Shown here: positions 27,070 to 39,266 of the stretch, one piece after another | Numbering within the stretch: position 1 is the first letter of the stretch | Layout: every line of letters begins with the position of its first letter | Source: Octopus sinensis | Taxonomy: Eukaryota | DNA length: 64,000 nucleotides | Direction: 5' to 3' | Assembly: GCF_006345805.1 (NCBI RefSeq) | Contig: NC_043021.1 | Span: 10,044,001 to 10,108,000, forward strand | Position numbers and translations under genes: made by a program | The notes under the pieces: model-generated | The model's database searches: none | Seen by the model: the letters and a program-made list of their open reading frames with translations, nothing else | What the model was told of the DNA's origin: nothing

Positions 27070-27548
27070 TACGTCGGTGAACTAGCAAAAATCTTAGTAC
27101 GCCAGGCAAAATGCCTAGCAACATTCCGTCAGTCCTTACGTTCTGAGTTCAAATTCTGCCGGTGCCAGACTTTGCCTTTCGTTCTTTTGAGTTCGATAAA
27201 ATAAGTACCAGTTGAGCACTAGGGTCAATGTAATCGACTTAACCGCCCCTCCCCTGAACTTGTTGGCCGCGGGCCAAAATAAGGTTTGAAACCAATGTGT
27301 GATTTATCTTATATATTTCTTTACTACCCACAAGGGGCTAAACACAGAGAGGACAAACAAGGACAGACAAACGAATTAAGTCGATTACATCGACCCCCGT
27401 GCGTAACTGGTACTTAATTTATCGACCTCGAAAGGATGAGAGGCAAAGTCGACCTCTGCGGAATTTGAACTCAGAACGTAACGGCAGGCGAAATACGGCT
27501 ACGCATTTCACCCGGCGTGCTAACGTTTCTGCCAGCTGGCCGCCTTGC
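27070..27548. mobile_element. Two SINE-B copies tail-to-tail: + 27070-27295 (short tail) and - 27313-27548 (long tail)
   Basis: TSD GTGATTTATCTTATA flanks the minus copy. Confidence 0.8.
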
Positions 27549-28050
27549 GTGATTTATCTTATAATAAATGAAGACGAGATGTTCAAAAGATTGTCTCTGA
27601 TCATTGTCAATATTCTCTTACGTTTAGTTTCAGTGCGCGCGAAAAATCTTGTTTTCTAATGACGAAAGAATGCGCGCGCAAATGTTTGCGTAAATATAAA
27701 CATGAAATTGTTTTTAAATAATCTTAGCACAAACCTTATTCACATGACTAATAAAACTATACTGGAATGTTTTAACGAGGTGCACGAGTGTGTGTATGGT
27801 GGTGGGGGCCCCTAACAATATCACCCACCAAAAATCCCTATCTCTTACAAATTATTTTCAAGTAAGCATATTTTAACATATAAATAATGTATGTATGTGT
27901 CAACTTTTCTTTTACATAAGGCAGGTAGCTGGCAGAAACGTTAGCACGCCGGGTGAAATGCTTAACTGTATTTCGTCTGACTTTACGTTTCTGAGTTCAA
28001 ATTTCGCCGAGGTCGACTTTGGCGTAGAGATTATTTCATTAATTTTTTTA

Positions 28051-28246
28051 TAGGCGCAGGAGTGGCTACGTGGTAAGTAGCTTGCTTACCAACCACATGG
28101 TTCCGCGTTCAGTCCCACTGCGTGGCACCTTGGGCAAGTGTCTTCTACTATAGCCTCGGGCCAACCAAAGCCTTGTGAGTGGATTTGAACCCGGAACCAT
28201 GTGGTTGGTAAGCAAGCTACTTACCACACAGCCACTCCTACGTCTA
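28051..28246. mobile_element. SINE-A head palindrome (about 61-bp inverted arms, 74-bp loop)
   Basis: 28051-28111 is the reverse complement of 28186-28246 with about 4 mismatches. Confidence 0.85.
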
Positions 28247-29011
28247 TAACAAATATTCTGCTCAATACCACAGATTTCTCTTGTCAGTTGCTTGACCTTA
28301 ACCACTTAAGTATGTCCCTTAGTGGCTGACAATTTGTGCTTCTCTGATGATAAGCAGGAGTAGTAGGGGAATATCATAGCCATGTGTTGAGAGGGATTCT
28401 TTGGGGTTTGAATAAATGTAACAAAAACAAAATTTGAAGCAAATTGTTAGCCGTTTTTCGTACTTTCTAGGGGTAAGCAAATAAGAAATAACAAATGATA
28501 CCCAAGGACAGAAATCGCGTTACATAGTGTTATTCATAAAAATATAAATTTATAATCAGAATTAAAGGTACAACAGGTTTCGAAGAAGTTGCTTATAGAT
28601 GTTCTCCTCTGAGATATGAGACGTCCTGGAGCAGCCGTTTTGGCTCCCACCTGTTTGGCATTGCTGATTCAGCGCTGATTTATTTGACATCAGACATTTA
28701 ATCCCCGGAGACTTTTTTTGACGCCGTAAAAATTTTGTTTGTATTTTTTGGTAACAATTATTTTATAATCACAACTATTAAACAACTTCGTTCATGTTAC
28801 TGTTTTACTTTATAATTGTATATTGACAGTTGGTGAAATATTAACGAGGCGTCGAAAAGGAAAACAAATTTAAGCATTGGATTTCTGTTCATTTTTAACA
28901 AATTAGAATTGACAGTAAATCAAAATTTTAGCGTGGAAACAGAAAGGTCGGAGTGAAGGACATCTGGGTGTATTAAATGGCCCCGATTACCGCAATCATC
29001 TCTCTCTTTCG

Positions 29012-29046
<35 letters not shown>

Positions 29047-29064
29047 ACACAAACTCTGTTTATG

Positions 29065-29111
<47 letters not shown>

Positions 29112-29389
29112 TGTGGTGTGTGTGTGTGTGTGTGTATGTGTCTGTGTACGTGCGCGTTCTTTTTTACTCTTTATGCTAAATCGTCTGCGTCCAAACAAAC
29201 ACGTCGAATCGGTTCGTTCCGACTCGTTCTCGCTAAATTTGGAAGAGATGTTCACATCTGCCGGTAGCTAACCATTGGGACTGAATATGACTTTGTCTAT
29301 CTGTCTGTCCGTCTGTCTGCCTGTCTGTATATATATATATATATATATGTATATTTATATGCATGTTTACATATATATATATATATGTG

Positions 29390-29901
29390 TGTGCGTGTAC
29401 ACATGTACATATCTTTGCATGATGGGTAATTTATAGTCACTTATATTTGCATGTATGTATTTATGTAAGCATGTATGTATGTATGTATGTATGCATGTAT
29501 GTATGTACGTATGTATGTATGTATGTATGTATGCATTGTGTATGCATGTATGCATGTGTGTATGCATGTATGCATGTATGTATGTATGTATGTATGTATG
29601 TATGCATATATGTATGCATATATGTATGTATTTGTGTAATACGTATACGAATGTGCCCGTATTTACGTATGCGAGTGTGTGTATGTACGTATGCACATAT
29701 GCATGAATATATGTATGTATGTATGTATGCATGCATGTATGTATGTATGTGTATGTGTATGTGTATGTATTTGTATGTATATATGTATGTATGTATGTAA
29801 TGTATGTATGTATGTATGCATGTATGTATGTATGTATGTATGTATGTATACGTGTGTGTCTTATGTACGTATGCATATATGCGTGTGTGTGTGTGTGTGT
29901 G

Positions 29902-29935
<34 letters not shown>
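29390..29935. repeat. (ATGT)n/(GT)n compound microsatellite
   Basis: Directly visible. Confidence 0.95.
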
Positions 29936-29938
<3 letters not shown>

Positions 29939-30044
29939 AAGTTGGAGGAAAGAGTTTTGCACTTAGGAATCTGACGTTTTGCGTAGGGGCCCATATTTTC
30001 AAGGTGAATGCTAGAGTCCATGTGTTTCTTGTTTTTATTTATTT

Positions 30045-30692
30045 TTTCACTTGTTCAAATCATTGGACTGCAGCCGCCTGAAGGATTTTAGTCGAACAAA
30101 TCGACCCCAAGATTTATTTTTTAAGTCTAGTACTTATCTATCGATCACTTTTGCCGAACCGCTACGTTATAGGGACGTAAACATACCAACACCAGTTGTG
30201 AAGCAGTGATGGGATGGAGGAGACAAAAACACACACATAGATACATACATTCACACACACACACACACACACACATACATACGACGGGCTTCTTTCAGTT
30301 TCCATCTACCAAATCTACTCACAAGGCTTTGGTCGGCCCGAAGCTATAGTAGAAGGTACTTGCCTAAGTATTAGGCGACGAGCTGACAGAATCGTTAGCA
30401 CGCCGGGCGAAATGCTTAGCGGTATTTCGTCAGCCGCTACGTTCTGAGTTCAAATTCCGCCGAGGTCGACTTTGCCTTTCATCCTTTCGAGGTCGATTAA
30501 ATAAGTACCAGTTACGCACTGGGGTCGATATAATCGATTTAATCCCTTTGTCTCCCCTTCTTTGTCCCCTCTGTGTGTAGCCCCTTGTGGGAAGTAAAGA
30601 AATAAGAAGATACTTGCCCAAGGTGCCACGCAGTAGGACTGAACCTGTAACCATGTGGTTGGGAAGCAAGGTCCTTACTACACATAGCCACG
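30045..30692 (-). mobile_element. SINE-A with a nested SINE-B (+) at about 30369-30604
   Basis: Imperfect 18-bp TSD AGAAGGTACTTGCCTAAG (30351-30368) / AGAAGATACTTGCCCAAG (30605-30622). Confidence 0.85.
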
Positions 30693-30949
30693 CTCATTCA
30701 TTCACTAATCCACCCATTCATTCATTTGTGTATTTATAAAGCTTAAGATGAAACAACATCTGAACTGCAATTCCATGTAAATCAATATCTGCAGATCAAA
30801 TGATGTTGACCAATGATGTTTATAGGCGCAGGAGTGGCTGTGTGGTAAGTAGCTTGCTTACGAACCACATGGTTCCGGGTTCAGTCTCACTACGTGGCAC
30901 CTTGGGCAAGTGTCTTCTACTATAGCCTCGCGCCGACCAAAGCCTTTCA

Positions 30950-30996
30950 GAAAACAAAGAGTAGGAGAGAGAGAAGCAAACAGAAGAGACAGAGAG

Positions 30997-31032
<36 letters not shown>

Positions 31033-31057
31033 AAAGAAAGAAAGAAAGAAAGAAGGA

Positions 31058-31101
<44 letters not shown>

Positions 31102-31362
31102 GAAAGATGGATATATAAAGAGGGGATGACTGATAGAAAGGGGAGGAGAATAAGTAGGAGAGAGAGAGAGAGAGTAAACAAACATAGAAAGAAGAGTGGG
31201 AGAGGATATGTAAGAGTAAAATAGAGAGCCGAGCGAAATGTGAATATGATTCGGGAGATAGAAGAGGAAATGTAAGAGAGAAAGAGAGGAAGTTACAGCA
31301 GTAGGAGGAGGAAAAGTGTAAGAGGGAAACGCAAACGAAAGGAAAAAGATAGATAGATAGAT

Positions 31363-31396
<34 letters not shown>

Positions 31397-31700
31397 GAAG
31401 ACAGACAGAAAGATAGATATATAGAGAGAAGAGGACTCATAGATAGACAGGAGAATTGATAGAGAATTGACAGAAAGGGAAGGAGAAGAAGCTGAAAAAG
31501 AGAGTAAACAGAGAAAGAGGAAAAGTGGGAGAGAAAAGCAAACAGAAGAGACAGAGGCAAAGACTGAGAAAGAGAGAGAGAGAAATGGGATGATTATTAG
31601 AAAGAGGAGCAGAATAAGGAGGAGAGAGAGTAAACAAAGAGTGGGAGAGGATTCGTAAGAGTAAGATAGAGAGCCGAGCAAAATATGAATATGAAGAGGT
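30950..31700. repeat. Purine-rich (AG)/(AAAG) low-complexity region with an internal duplication of about 460-bp period
   Basis: gagtgggagaggat..gtaagagtaa.atagagagccgagc.aaat.tgaatatga occurs at about 31195 and about 31640. Confidence 0.8.
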
Positions 31701-31772
31701 TCTTGAGTAAATAATGTTACAAAGATTTTATTTTTATTGTAATTGTTAATTATTATGCTATAAAACTTATAT

Positions 31773-32475
31773 GGGATCTTTACCTTTTGACCGACAGATT
31801 TTAAAAATAATTTTTTGTAACTAAGCACTTTCAAACTTCGGACACTGTTAGAATGTGTCATGTAGAATATCTTTTATTCTTAGCGTTTTTGAGAAAAGCT
31901 TGTTTTTACGAAGTTATTTAGCGTTAAAGTTGTCGTGTCTCGGTAATTTCAACCAATCAATGACGTGTATTCAGCTGCATAAAATTACTGCCGTTGTTTG
32001 TCAGCAAGAACTTCCAGCGGTGTATATTTCGTTTGTCACTGTTATTTACGACAACCCTAGCCCTAAAACTCTAACCCTAACCCTAAAACCTTAACCCTAA
32101 CTCTAACCCTAAAACCCTAACCCTAACTCTAAAACCCTAACCCTAAAACCCTAACCGTAAAACCTTAAAGCTAAAACCAGTACAAACGCACGAACGATGT
32201 CATAAATAACAGTGACAAACGAAAAATACACCGCCGATAGTTGTTGACAAACAACGGCAGTAATTTTATTCAGCTGAATACACATCATTGATTAGTTGAA
32301 ATTACCGAAATACGACAACTTTAAGGTGAAATAACTTCGTAAATATAAGTTTTTCTCAAAAATGCTAAGAGTAAAATATATTTTATATGACACATTCTAC
32401 CAGTGTCCGAAGTTTGAAAGTGTTTAGTTACAAAAAATTATTTTTTAAATCTGTAGGTCAAAAGGCAAAGATGCC
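31773..32475. mobile_element. Foldback element with about 280-bp TIRs and a (CCCTAA)-like core
   Basis: 31773-32052 is an inverted match to 32199-32475; core 32053-32165 consists of AACCCT/AAACCCT repeats. Confidence 0.85.
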
Positions 32476-33569
32476 TTTGTCCTCCCACCGTCACTCGACA
32501 ACAGCTGTTGGTTTGTTTATACCCCCGTAACTCAGCGATCGGTTCGGCAAAAAAAGAACACAAAAACAAAAAATAGAATCAATACTAAGCCCCAAAATTA
32601 AATACTAGGACCGATTCGTTCAACAAAAACGCTTCAATGCGGTGCTGCAGCATTGCTACACTCCAATGATTGAAACTAGTAAAATACAAGTATGAAAAAT
32701 AAAGTGAAAATAGTACAAAGAGCATATTTCTATTTAAATGCTGTTTATTGAGAATAGCAACTTAATACCTGCTGACATGAGCTTCAGGCAAGCGAGATGA
32801 AATTTCGCATGCTAAAATAAACCATTTTCTCACACTTTACAAAAACGTCCGTCTTGACTCAAGAACGAGATTAACAAATCCACTTCTACATTTTCACATG
32901 ATGTAAATTAATCAAGGAAGCCTCTACATTAATTAGTTGTTTTTCTTTTCTTTTGTTTCTGCTTTTTTTTTTTTGTCAATTATCACTCCCAGCTATCTGT
33001 TTTTACGTCTCAACAAAACTGAATACATCACAAAACAAAAAAAGGAAAACATGGCTGTCGGCAGTTTGACCGCCATTAAAAGACTACTTGTACGTCTGTG
33101 ACCAGGTCGCCGTTGCGAACGACAAAAAATTTTGACACATATTACAAACAATAAATATTTTAAGAGAAGTAATATATCTGTGTGTTTCTGAATGGCTAGC
33201 ATGTACCTTCCACGCTGCAATCGCGAACATAAAACAATTTTATCGGCATGATCTCGAACGTCACAACAATATTCCGACCATTAATAATATTATTAGATTA
33301 TTCACAAACAGAATAAAATTTGAATACGTATTTGAAATTTAGGGCAAATTGTTTTCCAAATGTGTTTTTTGCCTCTTCTGCTACTTCGAGAAGCACTGCT
33401 CAAGCAACGTGGTTGTTCAACCTACTAGAAATAGCAGTCAAGTCGCCTTGAGTCTAAGTCCTTGAGTAACTTACGTAGCTTTATTGCTAATGGATACGGT
33501 TTACTTCACGTATTGAACTATATTTCTCTCGTTTGTATCATCAGAAACACACACACACACATGTATTAT

Positions 33570-33790
33570 CGGATCTTTTCGGTTTGAACGGCAGTTTTTA
33601 ACATAATTTCTAGGTAACTAAAAAATCTTAAACTTCATATACTGGTAGAATGTGTTTATAAAACATAATTTTCTCTTGGCTTTCTTGAGAAAATTCTGTA
33701 GTTTGTAACATATTTCGTCTTTAATTTCTTGCATTTCGGCAATTTTAACCAATCACTGGCGTCTATTGAGTTAAAAAGCATTCTGTGCCG
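33570..33790 (+). mobile_element. Single arm of a related foldback family
   Basis: GGATCTTTTCGGTTTGAACGGCAGTTTT..ATACTGGTAGAATGTGT..; reverse-complement similarity to 39090-39266. Confidence 0.65.
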
Positions 33791-34756
33791 TATGAATATG
33801 TCCCACCTTTAAGAAACAGATTGGGTTTATTTACATTTGTGAAGAACAAAAGAAACCGAAAAGATTCGTATTGTCTACTCGACACATGGCTTAAATACTG
33901 TGTAGCCAGTTTGGACAAATAACTTCCTCGTGAAACTGGGTGGGTCGAAGCAAAAGTGATGTCCGTCCCCACGACAATGAAGATAATAGTTTAAAAAATA
34001 GTGCTACCATGTGTGGGAAAAAAAAAATGAGAGAAATAATTTGGACGGAGACATACGTAACCACACGACCTTGGTATTTTCAGTTTTACTCACGAACGCC
34101 TCCCATCACACGATCCACGCGAAGAATAAAGTGGAGGGACAATTCCTTAGCAGTGTATACCTCGTGTGACAAGTTCAGGGCAACACCCTTTCTAGCCGAG
34201 CCGTAATAAGATTGTAATTTAATTCCAGCAGTTTCACAGCATTACTGTTTCATATGCATATGGTCTGCTACAGCAAAGCTAGAATACATAAAAATGTGTT
34301 CATTTGTTACGAATTGCGATTCCCACCTTATATTACATTTTTTTCGAAGCTTTTGGGCAACACCTCAAAAACAAACAAAAATCTTGGATCCCCCACCTCC
34401 CGGAGTGCAATATTCTCTTCTGCACTCTGACAAAACAGGCTTGGTGTATTGTTATTTTCAAAGTAGGATAGTTGGAGCGGTTGATTGTAGAATCTTTTGA
34501 GCATCGGACAAAATACCTAGCTATATTTGTTCCGGCCCTTAGCGTTCTGCAATCAAATCATGTCAAAACAAGCTTTTGGGAGATTGTTAAAATTGTTCGA
34601 AAAACTTTTTCGAATTTTTCAAGTTTTTCAAATTTTTACCAGATTATTTTCAAAAACTATACGTCTGCTGAAATTTTGCATACTTATGACAAAAGCCGCA
34701 TTCGTTTTTTTTTTTTTTATGTGTTTGTTTTTTCTAGAAACTAATTATAAAGGAGT

Positions 34757-35063
34757 GGAGGCACATGGCCTAGTAGTTAGAGCAGCGGACTCGCGCTCGA
34801 GGGATCGCGGATTCGAATCTCAAATCGGGTGATGTGTGTGTTTATGAGCGAAACACCTAAGCTCCACGCGGCTCCGGCGAAGGTTAATGGCGAACTTCTG
34901 CTGACTCTTTCACCACAACTTTCTCTCACTCTTTCCTCCTGCATCTTGCAGCTCACCTGCGACAGACTGGCGTCTCGTCCAGGTGGGGAACCTATACGCC
35001 AAGGAAACCGGGAAACCGGCCCTTATGAGCCAGGCATGGCTCGAGAAGGAACAAACAAAAAAA
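34757..35063 (+). mobile_element. SINE-C, full length (tRNA-derived, possibly tRNA-Arg-related)
   Basis: TGGCCTAGTAGTTAG A-box-like and GGATTCGAATC B-box-like; 14-bp TSD AATTATAAAGGAGT at 34743-34756 and 35064-35077. Confidence 0.9.
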
Positions 35064-35158
35064 AATTATAAAGGAGTTACAAGCATTTAAAGGGAATACA
35101 GTGGAAGACTACATTGCAATTCCTGATATACAATTCAACGGAGTAGTTATGTCTAGAA

Positions 35159-35762
35159 CAGGGGTCGGCGAATCGGGGTAAATTACCCCAAGTGGAGTAA
35201 AAATGAAATTCTTGGAGGTAATGTGGACCCATTAGACATAAATAAAATGATCTAAAAAAACGTGTTCCTCGTTACAACGGAAAATTTTCTTCTGGCAACA
35301 CTGCATCTGTCCAATGTAATGGACGTGTAAATAGATTCATATAAATAAATAAATATAAATACGCCCTTAGCCAGGCTCATGGGCCCGGTTTCCCGGTTTC
35401 CATGGCGTATGAGTTCTCAAACTGGATGGGACGCTAGTCCATCGCAGCGTTACTCATTTTTGCCAGCTGAGTGAACTGGAGCAACGTGAAACGAAGTGTT
35501 TTGCTCAAGAACACAACGCGTCGCCCGGTCCAGGAATGGAAACCACGATCTAACGATCATGATGCTGACACCCTAACCACTAAGCCATGCGCCTCCACGA
35601 TTCATATAAATAGATTCAATAAAGTAGATTCAATAAAATAGATTCAATAAACCTTTTGAATTCAAAGATTCTATGATTTTCTTCTTTTCAAATCAAAGGG
35701 GTAACGTCGGCATAAATAAATATATTTTAGGGTAGTTGGTTTAAACAGTTCCCCGACCCATG
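35159..35762. mobile_element. hAT (Charlie-like) MITE with a nested SINE-C (-) at about 35365-35598
   Basis: TIRs CAGGGGTCGGCGAA / TTCCCCGACCCATG; TSD GTCTAGAA / GTCTCGAA; the nested SINE is flanked by GATTCATATAAATA. Confidence 0.8.
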
Positions 35763-35834
35763 GTCTCGAAGGTCTATGACTACAGTCCTGCTCGATCGCG
35801 GTTGACTTGGAGCTAAACAACGACAGCAAATAAT

Positions 35835-36072
35835 ATATATTTCTTTATTGCCCACAAGGGGCTAAACATAGAGGCGACAAACAAAGACAGACAAAAGGAT
35901 AAAGTCTATTACATCGACCCCAGTGCGTAACTGGTACTTTATTTATCGACCCCGAAAGGATGAAAGGCAAAGTCGACCTCGGCGGAATTTGAACTCAGAA
36001 CGTAACGGCAGACGAAATACTGCTAAGCATTTCGCCCGGCGCGCTAACGTCCTTGCCAGCTGGCTGCCTTCA
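35835..36072 (-). mobile_element. SINE-B, full length
   Basis: Family match; flanked by AAATAATATA on both sides. Confidence 0.85.
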
Positions 36073-36510
36073 TTGCGCTAAATAATATAACGAGTCAGTT
36101 TGCCTATCTCGTGACGCACGAATTCATCGTATTTGAGGGATTTCACATTATCAGGATAGTATTCATATCAGCGCCCAAGCTAGAAACTTAGTTCCGGGTC
36201 TGATAAGGTACAGGCATAGATTAACCAATTAGCAAAATAAAAAATGCTTAAACCGGATTTACATGGTCCGGAAGAAAAGTGAACTTTTAATGTATATTTT
36301 CATATTTAGCTACTTGTCAGTTTTACAATGGAAGAGTCGAGGGGAAAACCATCGTTGGGCTATATTAAGTGTATTAATTGGCCTTAATCCAGCCCTTATC
36401 TTGTGCTATTGGGTGACTTGAACTGATTGGTAGTAGATATGTAGGTTTAACATGTAGTTTACACTCATCTCAAAATTTCATAAAAAGAACGTAAAGGATT
36501 CCCTTATTAT

Positions 36511-36926
36511 TATTACTTTATTGCCCACAAGGGGCTAAACATAGAGGGGACAAACAAAGACAGACAAAGGGATTAAGTCGATTAGATCGACCCCAGTGCG
36601 TAACTGGTACTTATTTAATCGACCCCGAAAGGATGAAAGGCAAAGTCGACCTCGGCGGAATTTGAACTCAGAACGTAACGGCAGACGAAATACCTATTTC
36701 TTTATTACCCACAAGGGGCTAAACACAGAGGGGACAAACAAAGACAGACAAAGGGATTAAGTCGATTAGATCGACCCCAGTGCGTAACTGGTACTTATTT
36801 AATCGACCCCGGAAGGATGAAAGGCAAAGTCGACCTCGGCGGAATTTGAACTCAGAACGTAACGGCAGACGAAATACCGCTAAGCAATTCGTCCGGCGTG
36901 CTAACGTTTCTGCCAGCTCGCCGCCT
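36511..36926 (-). mobile_element. SINE-B head-to-tail dimer (184-bp period)
   Basis: A single 19-bp TSD TAAAGGATTCCCTTATTAT (36492-36510, 36927-36945) flanks the whole dimer. Confidence 0.9.
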
Positions 36927-36998
36927 TAAAGGATTCCCTTATTATGCCATATACACAGACATTTACAAATATAGTGCCTTTAGAAGTAGCAGCTGAGG

Positions 36999-37136
36999 CA
37001 CTAGCGTAGCTAGGGATGGTCCACTCCGAGGGGGTGGGGGCACTTTTGGGTTTGCTGTAGACAATGTGTGTTGTTTGTGGGGGGTCCGGGGGCAGCAAAT
37101 GGAAGGGCCGCCCCACAAACTCTAGCTACGCTAGTG
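36999..37136. mobile_element. hAT-like MITE, 138 bp
   Basis: Perfect 15-bp TIR CACTAGCGTAGCTAG; 8-bp TSD AGCTGAGG (36991-36998, 37137-37144). Confidence 0.9.
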
Positions 37137-37276
37137 AGCTGAGGCACATTGTTCCAATGTAGTATACTCAGCAATGAACACCACTGAGAAGTGTGATTGT
37201 TTCCATCTTATATAAAATATATGTACGGTTTTCATGTAATATTAAATATATGTACATTTTATATATTTTATTAATA

Positions 37277-37400
37277 TCTATATAAATAAAAGCGAAATTC
37301 TGTCTGTCCGTCTGGGACTCCTGTATCTTAGTCTACATTTGCTCTACATATAAATATTATACCTTTTTGGAATCCAGATGATCCCGGGATTGAAAATCTT
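37277..37400 (+). mobile_element. Probable Helitron 5' fragment
   Basis: A|TCTATATAAATAAAAGCGAAATTCTGTCTGTCCGTCT resembles the 5' end of the 24311 element; no 3' CTAG hairpin found. Confidence 0.4.
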
Positions 37401-37932
37401 CCCTTCATTTTGTTCTTGAACATCTATCATTAGGCTTTGAGTTAAAAGCATTTGGGTTACTATTTCTAGCAGGTAAAGCGACCGTGAGAGGTTTCAATGC
37501 CATAGTATTACGGAAATAGATGAACAAGTGTTACTTTCCTTAGCTTAAAGTTTTACTAAGTAATTTTAGTGTTTCTCTCATCTTTTTCAGTCATCAGACT
37601 GCGGCCATTGAACAATCACTGAAAATTGTTGGACTTCAGGAAATGGTAACAATTCCCTCATACTCACAACAAATGATAAAACCAAAAATATTGTTTATCC
37701 TGCTGCTTTTCAGTGATCTCCAAGTGTCACAGTGATACAAAATTCTCCAAATGCAATACTCTGCGATATAAATCTGAGATGGTAGGATACCAATAAATGC
37801 TTTATTATTATTTACCTCTTTAGTTTCGGCCCACAGGTCCAATTAGTCCTCTGCAAGAGCTCGGAGTGCGGCTTTTAAGCTAGTTGGTTAGATAATATAC
37901 ACTATTTGCAAATTATATAATGTACATTATTT

Positions 37933-38537
37933 GAAATCTTTACCTTTTGACCTACAGATTTAAAAAATAATTTTTTGCAACTAAACACTTTCAAACTTCG
38001 AACACTGGTAGAATGTGTCATATAAAACATCTTTTACTCTTAGCATTTTTGAGGAAAACTTATATTTACGAAGTTATATAACGCTAAAGTTGTCGTATTT
38101 CGGTAATTTCAACCAATCAATGACGTGTATTCAGCTGAATAAAATTACTGCTGTTGTTTGTCAACAAGAACTTCCGGCGGTGTATATTTGTTTGTCACTG
38201 TTATTTATGACAACCCTAACACCCTAACCTTAAAACCAGTACAAACACTCAAACGATGTCATAAATAACAGTGACAAACGAAAAATACACCGACGATAGT
38301 TGTTGCTGACAAACAACGGCAGTAATTTTATTCAGCTGAATACACGTCGTTGATTGGTTGAAATTACCGAAATATGAGAACTTTAACGTGAAATAACTTT
38401 GTAAATATAAGTTTTTCTCAAAAATGCTAAGAGTAAAATATATTTTATATGACACATTCTACCAGTGTCCGAAGTTTAAAAGTGTTTAGTTACAAAAAAA
38501 TCATTTTTTTAATCTGTAGGTCAAAAGGTAAAGATTC
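37933..38537. mobile_element. Second foldback copy (about 280-bp TIRs, short CCCTAA core)
   Basis: 37933-38211 vs 38258-38537 inverted; homologous to 31773-32475. Confidence 0.85.
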
Positions 38538-38989
38538 CAGTAATCTCCAAGTGTCACAGTGATACAAAATTCTCCAAATGCGATACTCTGCGATATGAAT
38601 CTGAGATGGTAGGATACCAATAAATGCTTTATTATTATTTCCCTCTTTAGTTTTGGCCCACACGTCCAATCAGTCCTCCGCAAGAGCTCGTTGTGCGGCT
38701 TTTAAGCTAGTTGTTTCTAGATAATATACACTATTTGCAAATTATATAATGAACATCATTTGAAAATTTCATTAAAGAAACATCTATTTTTCTGGAATTT
38801 AAGGATAACAATTAAGATTTATAAAAAAAAAAAGCTAAAACGAAAGCAATGGAAAATAATTTTAATTTAACAATTAAGAAAAAAAAACGAAAAGCTAAAA
38901 CGAAAGCAAAAACTCAAAACAAAAACAAAACGAATAATTTTAGACACACGCGTAACAATTAAATTAATTTAACAATTACGAAAAAAAAT

Positions 38990-39266
38990 GAAAGGCTAAA
39001 ATTTAGGGTTAGGGTGAGGGTGAGGGTTAGTGACAGGATGTTGTCTCAGTTTTAGACGCAGCAAATGATTTTAGCTCAATAGAGGGCATAGGATTGGTTA
39101 AAATTCGAAAAATTAAACTACGTTAAACTTACAAATTACAATTTTCTCAAGAAAGCCAAGAGAAAAAAATGTTTTATTTTGACACATTCTACCAGTATAC
39201 GAAGTTTAAAAGTGTTTAGTTAACTAGAAATTGTGTTGAAAACTGCCGTTCAAAAGGAAAAGATCC
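38990..39266 (-). mobile_element. Foldback-family arm with TTAGGG-like repeats
   Basis: TTTAGGGTTAGGGTGAGGGTGAGGGTTAG at about 39002-39030; ends ..GGAAAAGATCC, complementary to 33570. Confidence 0.65.

Noticed and set aside
32053-32165. True telomere or chromosome-fusion scar
   Set aside because: The repeats are short, degenerate and located at the centre of a dispersed foldback element present in multiple copies.
34757-34835. tRNA gene-like sequence (also 25706, 43860, 54036)
   Set aside because: No complete acceptor stem; continues into SINE body and is bounded by TSDs, so it is a SINE head.
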